64,000 bases of DNA. Source: an uncultured Gammaproteobacteria bacterium (GTDB lineage Bacteria; Pseudomonadota; Gammaproteobacteria; Steroidobacterales; UBA11654). The position numbers and the translations under genes were made by a program. The DNA lies in contig CACJRN010000002.1 of the NCBI GenBank assembly GCA_902595845.1, positions 142,879 through 206,878 on the forward strand. The letters run 5' to 3'. The number at the start of each line of letters is the position of its first letter. The first letter of the stretch is position 1. This document shows, one piece after another, positions 19,992 to 31,486 of this stretch. Under the pieces are notes generated by a model. That model ran no database searches. It had not been told where the DNA came from and saw nothing but the letters and a program-made list of their open reading frames with translations.

Positions 19992-20028
19992 TTCTAAATT
20001 AAAACAGAAAAAATAGGATTCTGAAATA

Positions 20029-21711
20029 TTAATCTTTATCTTTTACAAATTTAGATTTCAATAAATCACCTAAGCTTGTTTTTGAAATATTCTCTTTCTC
20101 ATCTTTCTTGTATGTTTCTAAAGCCTCTTTTTCTTCTGTTTCTTCTTTAGCTTTTATTGAAAGTTTAATGGTTCTATTCTTTTTATCGTAGCCTACTATT
20201 TTTGCTTCTATTTCATCATTTGGCCTGAATGATGACCTCATATCCTCTACCTTGTCTCTAGAGACTTCAGATATATTCAGCAAACCATTCACTTTTTCAG
20301 CAAGGGTCACAAGAGCATTTCTTTCATCAACTTCTGCTATGACGCCTTTAACTGTGGAGTTTTTTGGATGATTAGTAAGATACTCTTGAAAAGGATCGTT
20401 ATCTAGTTGCTTGATCCCAAGTGAAATCCTTTGTTTATTTGAGTCAATTGCAAGTATCATCGTTTCGATTTCTTCTGATTTTTTATAAGCAGATAGATCT
20501 ATGTCTTCATCGTTTTCCCAAGATACATCAGATATATGAACCAACCCATCAATGCCACCATTCAGTTCGACAAAAATTCCAAAATCAGTGATAGATTTTA
20601 TTGTCCCTTTAATTTTTTGATTTTCTTTATATTCATTAGCAAAATCAGTCCAAGGGTTTGGAAGACATTGTTTAATGCCTAGCGATACCCGTCTTTTTTC
20701 TTTATCGATACCGAGTATCATAACTTCAACTTGATCACCCACATTAGCTATTTTATGAGGATTTGGATTATTATTTGTCCAATCCATTTCAGAGACATGA
20801 ACCAATCCCTCAATACCATCTTCGATTTCCATGAATAATCCATAATCTGTGATATTTGATATTGTGCAAGCAGCTCTCATGCCAATTTCATAATTTTTAA
20901 TCAAGTCTTCCCAAGGATCGTCTTCCAGTTGTTTTAAGCCAAGCGAGACTCTATTTTTTTCATTATCTATAGAAATAATCTTAACTTGAATTTTTTCAGC
21001 AATATTAAGTAACTCAGATGGATGTTTGATTTTTTTCCATGAAATATCAGTGATATGAAGTAACCCATCAAGACCCCCGAGATCTATGAATGCCCCATAG
21101 TCTGTTAAGTTCTTAATGATTCCTTCCACAACATCGCCTTCATTTAATTTAGAAAGCATCTCTCCTCTGTTTTCTTCAGAGTCACCCAATAAGGCAGCTT
21201 TTCTTGATACGACAATGTTACTTGATGATTTATCAGCTTTAACGACTTTGAACTCAGATACTGTTCCCTCAAGGTATTGTGTTTCTCTTACTGGCCTAAC
21301 ATCAACCAGAGAACCAGGTAGAAATGCAGTCACATCATCAATTAACACCATGAAACCACCTTTGATTCTATTTTGTATAAGGCCAGTGATTATTTCACCA
21401 GTTTCAGTTGCAGATATTAACTTTGACCATGTTGCTTCATTTTTTGCTTTTTGTCTTGATAGCTTTGTTTGACCTTCTCCGTCTTCAATTTCCTCGATGA
21501 CAACCTTAACTATGTCTCCGATATTCACCTCTATTTCACCATCAGAATCTTTAAACTGGTTTATATTGACGAAAGATTCAGACTTTAGCCCTGCACTAAG
21601 AACAGCATGATCAGCTGTGATATTGATAACGTTGGCCTCTATAATTTGACCGGGTTTAATATTTTGATTGTACTGAGAGCTTTCAAATAGCTCTTCAAAT
21701 GTTTGTTCCAT
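20029..21711 (-). CDS. rpsA: 30S ribosomal protein S1
   Basis: 560 aa with six S1 repeats (e.g. GFMVLIDDVTAFLPGS, GAFIDLGGLDGLLHITD). cmk-rpsA-ihfB synteny. Confidence 0.97.
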   Translation of the reverse strand: MEQTFEELFESSQYNQNIKPGQIIEANVINITADHAVLSAGLKSESFVNINQFKDSDGEIEVNIGDIVKVVIEEIEDGEGQTKLSRQKAKNEATWSKLISATETGEIITGLIQNRIKGGFMVLIDDVTAFLPGSLVDVRPVRETQYLEGTVSEFKVVKADKSSSNIVVSRKAALLGDSEENRGEMLSKLNEGDVVEGIIKNLTDYGAFIDLGGLDGLLHITDISWKKIKHPSELLNIAEKIQVKIISIDNEKNRVSLGLKQLEDDPWEDLIKNYEIGMRAACTISNITDYGLFMEIEDGIEGLVHVSEMDWTNNNPNPHKIANVGDQVEVMILGIDKEKRRVSLGIKQCLPNPWTDFANEYKENQKIKGTIKSITDFGIFVELNGGIDGLVHISDVSWENDEDIDLSAYKKSEEIETMILAIDSNKQRISLGIKQLDNDPFQEYLTNHPKNSTVKGVIAEVDERNALVTLAEKVNGLLNISEVSRDKVEDMRSSFRPNDEIEAKIVGYDKKNRTIKLSIKAKEETEEKEALETYKKDEKENISKTSLGDLLKSKFVKDKD

Positions 21712-22366
21712 AGGTTTTATTTACCTTTTCATTAACTGTATTTTTCACTTCAATAACCGTTAAGTTATCCGTTTCTATTACAAATGCCCCTTTGGGGATA
21801 ACAAGAGGAGAATTCACTCTTTCCTTGTCTCTCCTATCACGGGCATCTAAATCCTTAATTAGAGCCGGAAGGCTAACATTAAATTCCCTATCCTTCAACT
21901 GCTTAAAGCGTCTTTGTGCTCTTGTTTCTATAGATGCCGTTAAAAAGATTTTTAGCTGTGACTCTGGAAAAATAACTGAACCCATATCTCTGCCTTCAGC
22001 TACTAAGCCTGGGGGTTTTTTAAAAGATCTTTGAATATTTATGATTGATTCACGAACTTTTGGTTTTGAAGATACTTTAGAGGCAATCTTTGCTACTTCT
22101 TCATCATATATTAATGAACCAATATCTTTATTTTTGTATTGAATTTTTAGTTTTTTATTTTCAAGTGAAAATATAATATTTTTTGAAGCTTTCTCTAGTC
22201 CTTTTGTATCATTCAAATTTATTAAATCATTTCTAGCTACCCATGCAATTGCTCTATATAGTGCTCCACTGTTTAAATAGTTCCATTTAAGCTGATCTGA
22301 TAAATGCTCAGATATGGTTCCTTTGCCTACTCCACTTGGGCCATCGATTGTAATTACATTAGTCAT
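21695..22366 (-). CDS. cmk: Cytidylate kinase
   Basis: ITIDGPSGVGKGT P-loop, 223 aa. Overlaps aroA and rpsA. Confidence 0.93.
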   Translation of the reverse strand: MTNVITIDGPSGVGKGTISEHLSDQLKWNYLNSGALYRAIAWVARNDLINLNDTKGLEKASKNIIFSLENKKLKIQYKNKDIGSLIYDEEVAKIASKVSSKPKVRESIINIQRSFKKPPGLVAEGRDMGSVIFPESQLKIFLTASIETRAQRRFKQLKDREFNVSLPALIKDLDARDRRDKERVNSPLVIPKGAFVIETDNLTVIEVKNTVNEKVNKTYGTNI

Positions 22367-23666
22367 TTATTTGGATATCCATTCCAATATTATTAGCTAT
22401 ATCAATAAATGTTGGAAATGAAGTGTCTATATTCTTACAGTCCTCAACCAGAATATCGCCATCAGACACGAGTGAAGCAATTAAGGCAGTCATTGCAATT
22501 CTATGATCGCCATAACTATTTACTCTTGCACCTTTAATTGAACCACCATAAATATTCATACCATCTGGAAATTCATCAGTTGAGATTCTAAATTTATCCA
22601 TCATCCTTATCATTGAAAAAATTCTATCTGATTCTTTTACTCTCAGCTCTTCTGCGTTTCTAATCGAGGTTTTTCCATTGGCCTGGCTTGCCGCCAAAAC
22701 AATTAAAGGTAATTCATCGATTGAACTTGATATCAGCTCTTTTGGTATATCAATTCCATTTAGTATTGAAGATTCTGTATAAATATCTCCAATAAGTTCG
22801 CCATTGATTGTTCTTTCATTTGAAATCTGTATATTTGCACCCATCATTTTAAGGATCTTTATGAAACCTATTCTTAATGGATTAAGGCCAACATTATTAA
22901 TTTTTATTTGACTGTCTCTAGAGATGATTGACCCAACGATGAAAAATGCAGCAGAAGAAATATCGCCAGGAATTTCTATTTGATTTGGTGTATTGAGATT
23001 TCCAGGTACTAATTCAATTGAATCTGCTTTAACTGAGATATTGCACCCAAATTCGCTCAACATGATTTCAGTATGGTTTCTAGATTGTGGAGTTATTATC
23101 TTGAAAGCACTCTCACCATAAAGCCCAGCTAACATAATTGAAGATTTAATTTGTGCACTTGCAATTTCTATAGTGTGATCTACACATTTTAAAAAGGATA
23201 CTGGATTAATGTATACAGGCGGTGTGCCATTAGACGTTTTTATATCTGCATTCATTCTAAGTAAAGGATTCATAACTCTATTCATTGGTCTTTGAGTGAG
23301 GGATTCATCACCTTTTAGAACAGAAGAAAATTTTTGAGCTGAAAGAACTCCCATCATTAATCTCATAGATGTTCCTGAGTTACCAAAGTTAAGTTCAGCA
23401 TTATCTCCATGTCTTTGCTCGAGATTATTTCCATCAATAACCAATGAGTCTATATCTTCATTAATATGAGCCCCAATGGCTCGACAGGCATTGATAGTTG
23501 CATTAATATCTGTTGAAGTTAGGTAGCCTTTAATTTTCGTTCTTCCATGAGCAATGGATGAAATAATAATTGCCCTATGTGATATCGACTTATCACCAGG
23601 GACATTTATGCAGCCATTTATTTTTGTATTGGAAGTTGCTGAAAGGCTATTTGGCATGATACTCAT
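22359..23666 (-). CDS. aroA: 3-phosphoshikimate 1-carboxyvinyltransferase (EPSP synthase)
   Basis: 435 aa. PGDKSISHRA, FGNSGTSMRLMMG, and DHRIAMT near the C-terminus. Confidence 0.95.
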   Translation of the reverse strand: MSIMPNSLSATSNTKINGCINVPGDKSISHRAIIISSIAHGRTKIKGYLTSTDINATINACRAIGAHINEDIDSLVIDGNNLEQRHGDNAELNFGNSGTSMRLMMGVLSAQKFSSVLKGDESLTQRPMNRVMNPLLRMNADIKTSNGTPPVYINPVSFLKCVDHTIEIASAQIKSSIMLAGLYGESAFKIITPQSRNHTEIMLSEFGCNISVKADSIELVPGNLNTPNQIEIPGDISSAAFFIVGSIISRDSQIKINNVGLNPLRIGFIKILKMMGANIQISNERTINGELIGDIYTESSILNGIDIPKELISSSIDELPLIVLAASQANGKTSIRNAEELRVKESDRIFSMIRMMDKFRISTDEFPDGMNIYGGSIKGARVNSYGDHRIAMTALIASLVSDGDILVEDCKNIDTSFPTFIDIANNIGMDIQIND

Positions 23667-24481
23667 GAACTTTTATAGCTGGGATAGCAACCAAGAATTT
23701 TGACATTTATATCTAGATCATCAAGAGTATTCATAGCATTTTGAATATTTTTATCATCAATATGTCCTTCACAATCAATGAAAAAAACATAGCGCCATAA
23801 TTGACCTCTCAATGGTCGTGATTCAATTCTTAGAAGGTTAATATCTTCAGTAGCAAATGGCTTTAGTAGCTTATATAAAGATCCAGATGCATCACTGTTT
23901 GGCGGAGTAATTATCAAAGAAATCTTACTGTTATCCGATTTATCTTGCTGTGTATGGCTCAAGATAACAAAACGAGTTGTATTCTCTTTTGAATCTTCGA
24001 TATTTTCATTGAGTAAATTTAAACTATATAAATTAGCTAGTGTTTTTGAGCCAATACATGCTTCATTATCTGAGGTTATTCTTTCGGCACCTTCAGAGTT
24101 GCTTAATACTGGAATCAATTGAGCATTTGGGAGATTATTCCTAAGCCATTTTTGACATTGCCCAAATGACTGCGGATGTGAATAGATCATTTCTATCTTA
24201 CTGATATCATTGGTTTTTGTAAGCAAGCACTGATTAATTCTGATTTGTATTTCATCATAGACTTGAATATCCGAACCTATAAGTAAATCATGAGTATTGT
24301 TTACGGATCCTTCAAAAGAATTCTCAATAGGAACTATCCCGTAGTCTGAATCATTCAGTTCAACACTTCTGAATACATCTCCAATGGTTTTCTGAGAAAC
24401 TTGAACAAGATCATCGCCAAAGTATTTAGTCAGAGCAATTTGGGTGAATGATCCCTTTGGTCCTAAATATGAAACACGCAT
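23663..24481 (-). CDS. pheA: Prephenate dehydratase, monofunctional (PDT plus ACT, no chorismate mutase domain)
   Basis: 272 aa. Starts directly with VSYLGPKGSFT, has the TRF motif (NTTRFVIL) and a C-terminal ACT region (ESRP). Confidence 0.88.
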   Translation of the reverse strand: MRVSYLGPKGSFTQIALTKYFGDDLVQVSQKTIGDVFRSVELNDSDYGIVPIENSFEGSVNNTHDLLIGSDIQVYDEIQIRINQCLLTKTNDISKIEMIYSHPQSFGQCQKWLRNNLPNAQLIPVLSNSEGAERITSDNEACIGSKTLANLYSLNLLNENIEDSKENTTRFVILSHTQQDKSDNSKISLIITPPNSDASGSLYKLLKPFATEDINLLRIESRPLRGQLWRYVFFIDCEGHIDDKNIQNAMNTLDDLDINVKILGCYPSYKSS

Positions 24482-24484
24482 GAC

Positions 24485-25648
24485 TTAAAAAAGTATATTA
24501 GTTTTCATGACACCTTCTATATAAGATATCTCATGTAAAACAATTTCTGTTATTGGTTTATCGACATTTAGGATAGTATAGCCAAGTTCATCCAATACCT
24601 TATGTGAGAGGTCGTCGATGTTAATTCCTGCATTACCCAAGATGGATGTAAACTGCCCTATAATATTTGGCACATTTTTATTTGTAATTGTAAGTCGATG
24701 CGGTGAATTGATAGCTAATTTCACATCAGGGAAATTCACAGAATTAAGTATATTGCCAGTCTCAAGATAAGATTTAAGACTGCTTGCGACCATTACAGCA
24801 CAATTTATTTCAGCTTCCTTTGTAGACGCACCCAAATGAGGCATTACAAGGACACCTTCATGATTAATCATTGACTCACTGGGAAAATCGGTTACGTAAG
24901 TCTTAATTTTATTTGAATCAAGATGTTGTAAAACAGCATCAGAGTCTACAATTGCGTCTCTAGATAGATTGATAATAATAGCTCCATCTCTGAGTGTTTT
25001 GATTTCACTATCACCAATGAAGTTTTCAGTTTCTTTTTTGTAAGGTATGTGAATAGTAATGATATCTGAGATTTTTAGTAATTCTTTCAGGTCACTTACT
25101 TTTTGAACCCCAGGCTGAAGATTGATCGCATTATCAACAGTGATAAGAGGGTCATAACCAATTACATTCATTCCAAGATCATATGCCGCATTGGAAACTT
25201 TTACACCTATTTGACCCAAACCAATTACACCAAGAGTTTTTTTTGGTAACTCAAAACCAACATATTCTTTTTTCCCATGTTCAATATCATCTTTTAGATT
25301 CTCTGAGTGCTTGACTGTTTCAACATATTTGATGGCGTTATGTATATTTCTGGCAGTAATTAGTATAGAGGCAAGAACAAGCTCTTTGACTGCATTAGAA
25401 TTAGCACCAGGAGCATTAAATACTGGAATTGCATTTTTAGTATATTTTTCAATTGGAATATTGTTAACACCTGAGCCAGCTCTACCAACTGCTTTTAATG
25501 CTATTGGAATATCCATTTCATGTATATCAAATGAACGCAGGATGATTGCATCTGGGTTTGTGACATCATCACCACAATGATATTCATTTGATCCAAAAAT
25601 GTTTAGGCCTTCTTGGGCAATGTTATTGAGCTTTAAGATTTTGTACAT
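24485..25648 (-). CDS. serA: D-3-phosphoglycerate dehydrogenase with C-terminal ACT domain
   Basis: 2-hydroxyacid dehydrogenase fold (GVIGLGQIGVKV NAD site, HLGAST). The track ORF starts at 25675 inside serC. ATG 25648 (MYKILKLNNI) lies 1 nt after the serC stop. Confidence 0.88.
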   Translation of the reverse strand: MYKILKLNNIAQEGLNIFGSNEYHCGDDVTNPDAIILRSFDIHEMDIPIALKAVGRAGSGVNNIPIEKYTKNAIPVFNAPGANSNAVKELVLASILITARNIHNAIKYVETVKHSENLKDDIEHGKKEYVGFELPKKTLGVIGLGQIGVKVSNAAYDLGMNVIGYDPLITVDNAINLQPGVQKVSDLKELLKISDIITIHIPYKKETENFIGDSEIKTLRDGAIIINLSRDAIVDSDAVLQHLDSNKIKTYVTDFPSESMINHEGVLVMPHLGASTKEAEINCAVMVASSLKSYLETGNILNSVNFPDVKLAINSPHRLTITNKNVPNIIGQFTSILGNAGINIDDLSHKVLDELGYTILNVDKPITEIVLHEISYIEGVMKTNILF

Positions 25649-25649
25649 T

Positions 25650-26726
25650 TTATTCGTGTAATTTTGCAAATTCATCCATGAAGGATATTAATCTCTTAAT
25701 TCCTTCGATTGGCATCGCATTGTACACACTTGCACGCATTCCTCCAACGGTTCTATGGCCCTTCAGATTCAATAGACCTGATTCTTCTGCAGATGAAAGG
25801 AATTTATCATCTAGACCATCTCTAGAGAGAGTAAATGGTATATTCATCCAGGATCTATATGGCTTTGACACAGGATTGGCGTAAAACCCTGATTGATCAA
25901 TGTAGTCATAGAGCATATCTGACTTCAATTTATTTATTCGAGCCATTTCTTCAACGCCCCCTTGCTCTTGTATCCAATCAAATACCAAACCTGATACGTA
26001 CCAAGAAAAAACTGGAGATGTATTGAGCATTGATGCTTCATTGGCATGAGCTGAATAATTAAACATTGGGAGTAATTCTGTTTTTACACCTGATAAGAGT
26101 TTATTTTTTACAATAACGATAGTTACACCAGCTATACCTAGATTTTTCTGAGCACCTGCAAAAATTAAATCATACTTATTAACATCTATGGGTCTGGAGG
26201 CAATTGTTGATGACATGTCACATATGAGAGGTGAGCTTGTTTCAATTGGATCATGAATTTCCAATCCATGAACTGTCTCATTAGCACAATAGAAAAAGAA
26301 ATCTGCATTATCTGAGATATTCCAACTATTTAAGTCTGCTACATCTGTAAAGTTATTTGAAGATGAATCAGATACTATATTGACATCCGATATCTTGCTT
26401 GCATATTCGCTTGCCTTTTTCGACCATGCTCCAGTTACAAGATAATCAAGTACACCATTTTTAGAAAAATTCATCGGGATAAGAGCAAACTGATGTGTAG
26501 CTCCACCTTGAAGAAATAGAACAGAATACTCTTCGCTTATATTCAGTAAATTCCTCAATGAAGATTCAGAAGATTTAGCGAACTCCTTAAAAGCATGACT
26601 TCTGTGAGATACTTCAATGATTGACATTCCACGATCAAAGTCATCAAGTCCAAGGTTTATCGTATCTATTACTGAATCAGGAATAACTGCAGGGCCAGCA
26701 GAAAAGTTGAATATATCTTTTGACAT
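25650..26726 (-). CDS. serC: Phosphoserine aminotransferase
   Basis: 358 aa. FSAGPAVIP N-terminus and GAQKNLG (PLP lysine). gyrA-serC synteny. Confidence 0.95.
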   Translation of the reverse strand: MSKDIFNFSAGPAVIPDSVIDTINLGLDDFDRGMSIIEVSHRSHAFKEFAKSSESSLRNLLNISEEYSVLFLQGGATHQFALIPMNFSKNGVLDYLVTGAWSKKASEYASKISDVNIVSDSSSNNFTDVADLNSWNISDNADFFFYCANETVHGLEIHDPIETSSPLICDMSSTIASRPIDVNKYDLIFAGAQKNLGIAGVTIVIVKNKLLSGVKTELLPMFNYSAHANEASMLNTSPVFSWYVSGLVFDWIQEQGGVEEMARINKLKSDMLYDYIDQSGFYANPVSKPYRSWMNIPFTLSRDGLDDKFLSSAEESGLLNLKGHRTVGGMRASVYNAMPIEGIKRLISFMDEFAKLHE

Positions 26727-26728
26727 AT

Positions 26729-29257
26729 TTACTCCTCATCATCTTCGCTGATGACTTTCTCCATGCCCAACAAGTTATCGTCTTCAGATAGTCTTATAAG
26801 TCTGACACCCTGAGTATTTCTTCCAATGACAGATATATCATCAGTTCGAGTCCGAATCAGGTTACCTGAGGTACTGATAAACATGACTTCATCGCCTGTA
26901 CTAACTTGTTTTGCACCAATCAAGTTTCCATTTCTATTTGATGTTTGGATTGCAATTACGCCTTTCCCACCTCTTTTCTGAATAGAGAATTCATCTTTTA
27001 ATGTCTGTTTACCATAACCATTTTCTGTTGCTACAAGAATATTTCCCTCCTCAAGGACAACAAGAGAAATAATTTTCTGATCATTTTCAATTCGCATACC
27101 TCTGACACCTTGTGATACTCGTCCCATTGGTCTTGCATCAGATTCTTTAAACCTAATTGATTTACCAGAATTTGAAAAGAGCATAATTTCTTTAGAGCCA
27201 TCAGTGATCTCTGCGTTCACAACGCGATCTCCATCTCTGAGTTTGATCGCTTTAATACCAGATTTCATGGGTCTAGAGTAAGCAGATAATTTTGTTTTCT
27301 TGACGCTTCCTGTTTCTGTAGCCATGAATATGAATTGATCATCATTGAATTCTTTCACAGGAAGAACTGCTTGAATACGTTCATCTTTTTCTAATGGTAA
27401 GAGATTTACAATTGGTCGACCTTTTGCGTTTCTTCCGCCTCTTGGAAGGCGATATACTTTTATCCAATAAACTTTTCCATAACTTGAAAAACACAACAAT
27501 GTGTCATGTGTATTGGCCACAAATAATTTAGAAACAAAGTCTTCATCCTTCAATGATGCTGCACGCTTACCAGTTCCACCTCGATTCTGAGCCTGGTAAG
27601 TGTCAAGTGGCTGTGTTTTTGCGTAACCTTCTTTTGATAATGTCACGATGAGATCTTCTTCTGGTATAAGATCCTCATCAGTAAGGTCTGAATAGAATTC
27701 AACAATTTCTGTTCTTCTTTCATCACCATATGTTTCCTGTGTTTCAATTAGTTCTTCTCTAATAACAGATGTCAGTTCATCTGGATTAGAGAGAATCATA
27801 GTGAATCTCTTGATATCCTCAAGTAAGTCTGAGTATTCGTTAAAAATACTTTCCTGCTCAAGCCCTGTTAAACGATTAAGTTTTAAATCAAGAATGGCTT
27901 TGGCCTGCTCTGAAGAAAGTCGATATTTACTTTTTTCGATACCAAAGTTTTCAATATTCAAAAGGTGTTTAGGAATGGTGGAAACATTTCCAGCTTTCTT
28001 GAGCATGTCTTTGACTTTTCCTACTTTCCACAATTTAGAAACCAATGCTTTTTGAGCTTCTGCAGGCGTTTTAGATTTCTTAATGATGGCAATCATTTCA
28101 TCGATATTTGTCAAAGCAATTGTCTGGCCCTCTAATATGTGAGCCCTGTTAATAGATCGATTAAGCTCATAGATGGTTCTTTTGGTTACCACATCACGCC
28201 TATGTGAGAGGAATGCATCAAGCATTCCTTTAAGATTCATTAGTTTCGGCTGTCCATTAGACAGAGCGACCATATTGATAGAGAATGTGCTTTCTAAGAG
28301 CGTTTGCTTATACAAATTATTTAAAAGTACATCAGAAACTGTTCCTCTTTTGAGATCAATTACAACCCTTAACCCATCTTTATCAGATTCATCTCGAATT
28401 TCAGAGATGCCTTCTATTTTCTTATCTCTGACCAGTTCAGCAATTTTTTCAATTAATCTGGCTTTATTAACCTGATATGGAAGCTCAGAAACAACGATGG
28501 ATTCTCGGTCTCCATTTTCTTCAATTGAGGTTTTTGCTCTAACATGAACACGCCCTCTTCCAGTTTCATAAGCTTGTTTAATTCCATCTATACCATGAAT
28601 TGTGGCAGCAGTAGGAAAATCTGGCGCAGGAATGAGTTTAATGAGGTCATCGATGCTTGCTTGTTCATTGTCCAGTATGAATAAGCATCCATCGATAATT
28701 TCTTTTAAGTTATGAGGTGGAATATTGGTGGCCATACCAACCGCGATTCCAGCAGATCCATTGATCAGTAGATTAGGTAACCGAGTTGGAAGTACCGCAG
28801 GTTCTTCTTCAGATTCATCATAGTTGGGAATAAAATCAACTGTATCCTTGTCGATATCAGCAAGAAGTTCTTGAGTGATCTTTTCCATCCTAACTTCTGT
28901 GTATCGCATAGCAGCTGCTCTATCACCATCGATTGATCCAAAGTTTCCTTGACCATCAACAAGGGTATATCGCAGTGAAAAGTCCTGAGCCATTCTTACA
29001 ATGGTTTCATAAACTGCACTGTCTCCATGAGGGTGATATTTACCAATTACATCACCAACGATTCTGGCAGACTTTTTGTAAGCTTTCGTATGATCATTAC
29101 CAAGTACTTTCATAGCATAGAGGACTCTTCTATGAACTGGTTTCAATCCATCTCTGACATCAGGCAATGCTCGTCCAATAATGACACTCATTGCATAATC
29201 CAGATAGGATTTCTTCATTTCATCTTCTAAATTAATCTGAGAAATTTTATCTGTCAT
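26729..29257 (-). CDS. gyrA: DNA gyrase subunit A
   Basis: 842 aa. [21 protein letters not shown] (QRDR) and AAAMRYTE (catalytic Tyr). Confidence 0.98.
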   Translation of the reverse strand: MTDKISQINLEDEMKKSYLDYAMSVIIGRALPDVRDGLKPVHRRVLYAMKVLGNDHTKAYKKSARIVGDVIGKYHPHGDSAVYETIVRMAQDFSLRYTLVDGQGNFGSIDGDRAAAMRYTEVRMEKITQELLADIDKDTVDFIPNYDESEEEPAVLPTRLPNLLINGSAGIAVGMATNIPPHNLKEIIDGCLFILDNEQASIDDLIKLIPAPDFPTAATIHGIDGIKQAYETGRGRVHVRAKTSIEENGDRESIVVSELPYQVNKARLIEKIAELVRDKKIEGISEIRDESDKDGLRVVIDLKRGTVSDVLLNNLYKQTLLESTFSINMVALSNGQPKLMNLKGMLDAFLSHRRDVVTKRTIYELNRSINRAHILEGQTIALTNIDEMIAIIKKSKTPAEAQKALVSKLWKVGKVKDMLKKAGNVSTIPKHLLNIENFGIEKSKYRLSSEQAKAILDLKLNRLTGLEQESIFNEYSDLLEDIKRFTMILSNPDELTSVIREELIETQETYGDERRTEIVEFYSDLTDEDLIPEEDLIVTLSKEGYAKTQPLDTYQAQNRGGTGKRAASLKDEDFVSKLFVANTHDTLLCFSSYGKVYWIKVYRLPRGGRNAKGRPIVNLLPLEKDERIQAVLPVKEFNDDQFIFMATETGSVKKTKLSAYSRPMKSGIKAIKLRDGDRVVNAEITDGSKEIMLFSNSGKSIRFKESDARPMGRVSQGVRGMRIENDQKIISLVVLEEGNILVATENGYGKQTLKDEFSIQKRGGKGVIAIQTSNRNGNLIGAKQVSTGDEVMFISTSGNLIRTRTDDISVIGRNTQGVRLIRLSEDDNLLGMEKVISEDDEE

Positions 29258-29399
29258 GGCACTAATTAGTTTATTTTTACGAATGTTAAATTGTAGCTTT
29301 TCAATACACAGGTATATCTATGAATATATATGTATAATTTTAACACATCATTAATGGTTTTTTGCGTTTAAAACCCTATTAAATAAGGATTTATCATCT

Positions 29400-30116
29400 A
29401 TGGATCAGAGAGATAATATCAATACAGAGGAAGTTGATAAGTTCAATGATTTAGCGAACGAATGGTGGAATCCATACGGAAGTTTTGCACCACTACATAA
29501 ACTCAATCCACTTCGTTTCGAATATATACGAGCAAATAGTAACTTAGACGGAAAAACAGCTATTGATGTTGGATGTGGCGGTGGAATACTCACTGAGGCA
29601 CTTGCGAGTGTCGCATCTGAGGTTCACGGAATTGATATGGCTGAAAAGGGCTTAGCTGTTGCAAATATTCATAAAAACAAATCAAATATAACAAATATTA
29701 AATATAGTCAGAGCACAATCGAAGATTATACCTTAAAGCATAAGAGTAAATTTGATGTCTTAACATGTATGGAAATGCTTGAGCATGTACCATCACCAGA
29801 AGAAACTATCAAAGCATGTTCTGATATTGTCATCGAAGGAGGAGACCTTTATTTTGCAACAATCAATAGGAATATAAAATCTTATGTCATGGCAATCATT
29901 GGTGCAGAGTACATACTTAATTTACTCCCAAAAGGAACCCATGAATTTGATTGTTTCATCAAGCCATCAGAATTAGAAAAATGGTCAAGGTCAGCTGGAC
30001 TTGAATTAGTCGAGTTGATTGGAGTGACATATAACCCAATTACGACTGTATTTTCACTTTCGGACGATGTCGATGTCAATTATATGATGCATTTTAAAAA
30101 GATTAGCAATGACTAA
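29400..30116 (+). CDS. ubiG: Ubiquinone biosynthesis O-methyltransferase
   Basis: 238 aa. WWNPYGSFAPLHKLNPLR and DVGCGGGILTE (SAM site). Divergent from gyrA, as in Pseudomonas. Confidence 0.92.
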   Translation: MDQRDNINTEEVDKFNDLANEWWNPYGSFAPLHKLNPLRFEYIRANSNLDGKTAIDVGCGGGILTEALASVASEVHGIDMAEKGLAVANIHKNKSNITNIKYSQSTIEDYTLKHKSKFDVLTCMEMLEHVPSPEETIKACSDIVIEGGDLYFATINRNIKSYVMAIIGAEYILNLLPKGTHEFDCFIKPSELEKWSRSAGLELVELIGVTYNPITTVFSLSDDVDVNYMMHFKKISND

Positions 30117-30762
30117 TAAAAAAATTGTTTTGTTTGATCTTGATGGAACACTAATTGATACCGCTCCTGATATGTATTTAGCTCTGAACATTCTTTTGAG
30201 CGAAGAAAAAATGGAAACAGTCCCTTATGACAAAGTTAGACCTCAGGTTTCAAATGGAGTATTGGGTATATTTTCAGTCGCATTTAGTGATGATCCAGTT
30301 ATAGAGGGTGATAGATATGAACGATATCTTGATATTTATGAATCTGTTCTCGGTCAAGAATGTAAGCTTTTTAGTAATGCAAATAATCTTTTAGATAGTT
30401 TGGATTTAAAAGACATTGATTTTGGTATTGTTACAAACAAATCAAGTCGATTCACAATGCCATTAATGAGGCAATATAATCTTCTAGACAGAATGCAAAC
30501 TTTAGTATGCGGAGATCAAGTTAAGCATAGAAAACCGAATCCTGAGCCTTTAATAAAGGCGTTAAAAAATAGTGGCAAATCATATAATCTAAATAATGTG
30601 TATTATGTTGGTGATGCTCAAAAAGACATCGATGCAGCAAGAGCCGCACACTTTAGATCGATTGCTTGCACATATGGATATAGAGTCGCAGATGATAATC
30701 CAGCATCGTGGGAGGCAGAGTTTTTAATTGATGACCTAATTGAGGTAAATGAAATTGTCTGA
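30109..30762 (+). CDS. HAD-superfamily phosphatase (phosphoglycolate phosphatase / MupP-like)
   Basis: FDLDGTLIDT motif I and GDAQKDIDAARAA motif III-IV. Occupies the position after ubiG that mupP holds in Pseudomonas. Confidence 0.8.
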   Translation: MTNKKIVLFDLDGTLIDTAPDMYLALNILLSEEKMETVPYDKVRPQVSNGVLGIFSVAFSDDPVIEGDRYERYLDIYESVLGQECKLFSNANNLLDSLDLKDIDFGIVTNKSSRFTMPLMRQYNLLDRMQTLVCGDQVKHRKPNPEPLIKALKNSGKSYNLNNVYYVGDAQKDIDAARAAHFRSIACTYGYRVADDNPASWEAEFLIDDLIEVNEIV

Positions 30763-31480
30763 ACTTCAATTGAAAAATAAAATTATTATGGTTACGGGTG
30801 CTAATCAAGGGATTGGTAAAACAGCCTCTATAACCTATGCAAGCCTTGGAGCCAAAGTAATTTTGCTTGGTAGGAGTCTCAAATCACTTGAGGATGTTTA
30901 TGATGAAATCATTGGGCTCAATTACACTGAACCGATGATATCTCTTATGGACCTAGAAAAAGCTGATGGCAATGATTATCAAATGATTCTTGAAAACTTA
31001 ATGAGTGAATTCGGTAAGTTAGATGGCTTGCTATTGAATGCGAGTATGCTGGGTGATCGTTCACCAATCGCACATTATGATTCTGAAACTTGGGTTAGAA
31101 CAATTCACGTCAACTTAACTGCTCAGTTTTTGTTAACCAAAACTCTACTGCCTGCATTATATGAATCAGATAGTGCATCTGTCATATTCACCTCAAGTAG
31201 TGTTGGAAAGATTGGAAAAGCATTTTGGGGTGCTTATTCTGTTTCTAAGTTTGGCATTGAAGCATTGTCGCAGATCTTAAGCTCAGAACATCAGGATGAA
31301 TCAAATATTCGCTTTAACTGCATTAATCCTGGAGCAACTAGAACTAAGATGAGAAAAGAGGCCTATCCATATGGAGATGATGATAAATTAGTAGAGCCGA
31401 TCGATTTGATGGATAAGTATGTTTGGTTGATGTCTGATCAAAGCAGAGATATTACTGGTCAGAGTATTGATTGCCAGTAA
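30749..31480 (+). CDS. Short-chain dehydrogenase/reductase (YciK-like)
   Basis: TGANQGIGK cofactor motif and YSVSK catalytic YxxxK. GAGG RBS before ATG 30749. Confidence 0.85.
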   Translation: MKLSELQLKNKIIMVTGANQGIGKTASITYASLGAKVILLGRSLKSLEDVYDEIIGLNYTEPMISLMDLEKADGNDYQMILENLMSEFGKLDGLLLNASMLGDRSPIAHYDSETWVRTIHVNLTAQFLLTKTLLPALYESDSASVIFTSSSVGKIGKAFWGAYSVSKFGIEALSQILSSEHQDESNIRFNCINPGATRTKMRKEAYPYGDDDKLVEPIDLMDKYVWLMSDQSRDITGQSIDCQ

Positions 31481-31486
31481 TTATTT

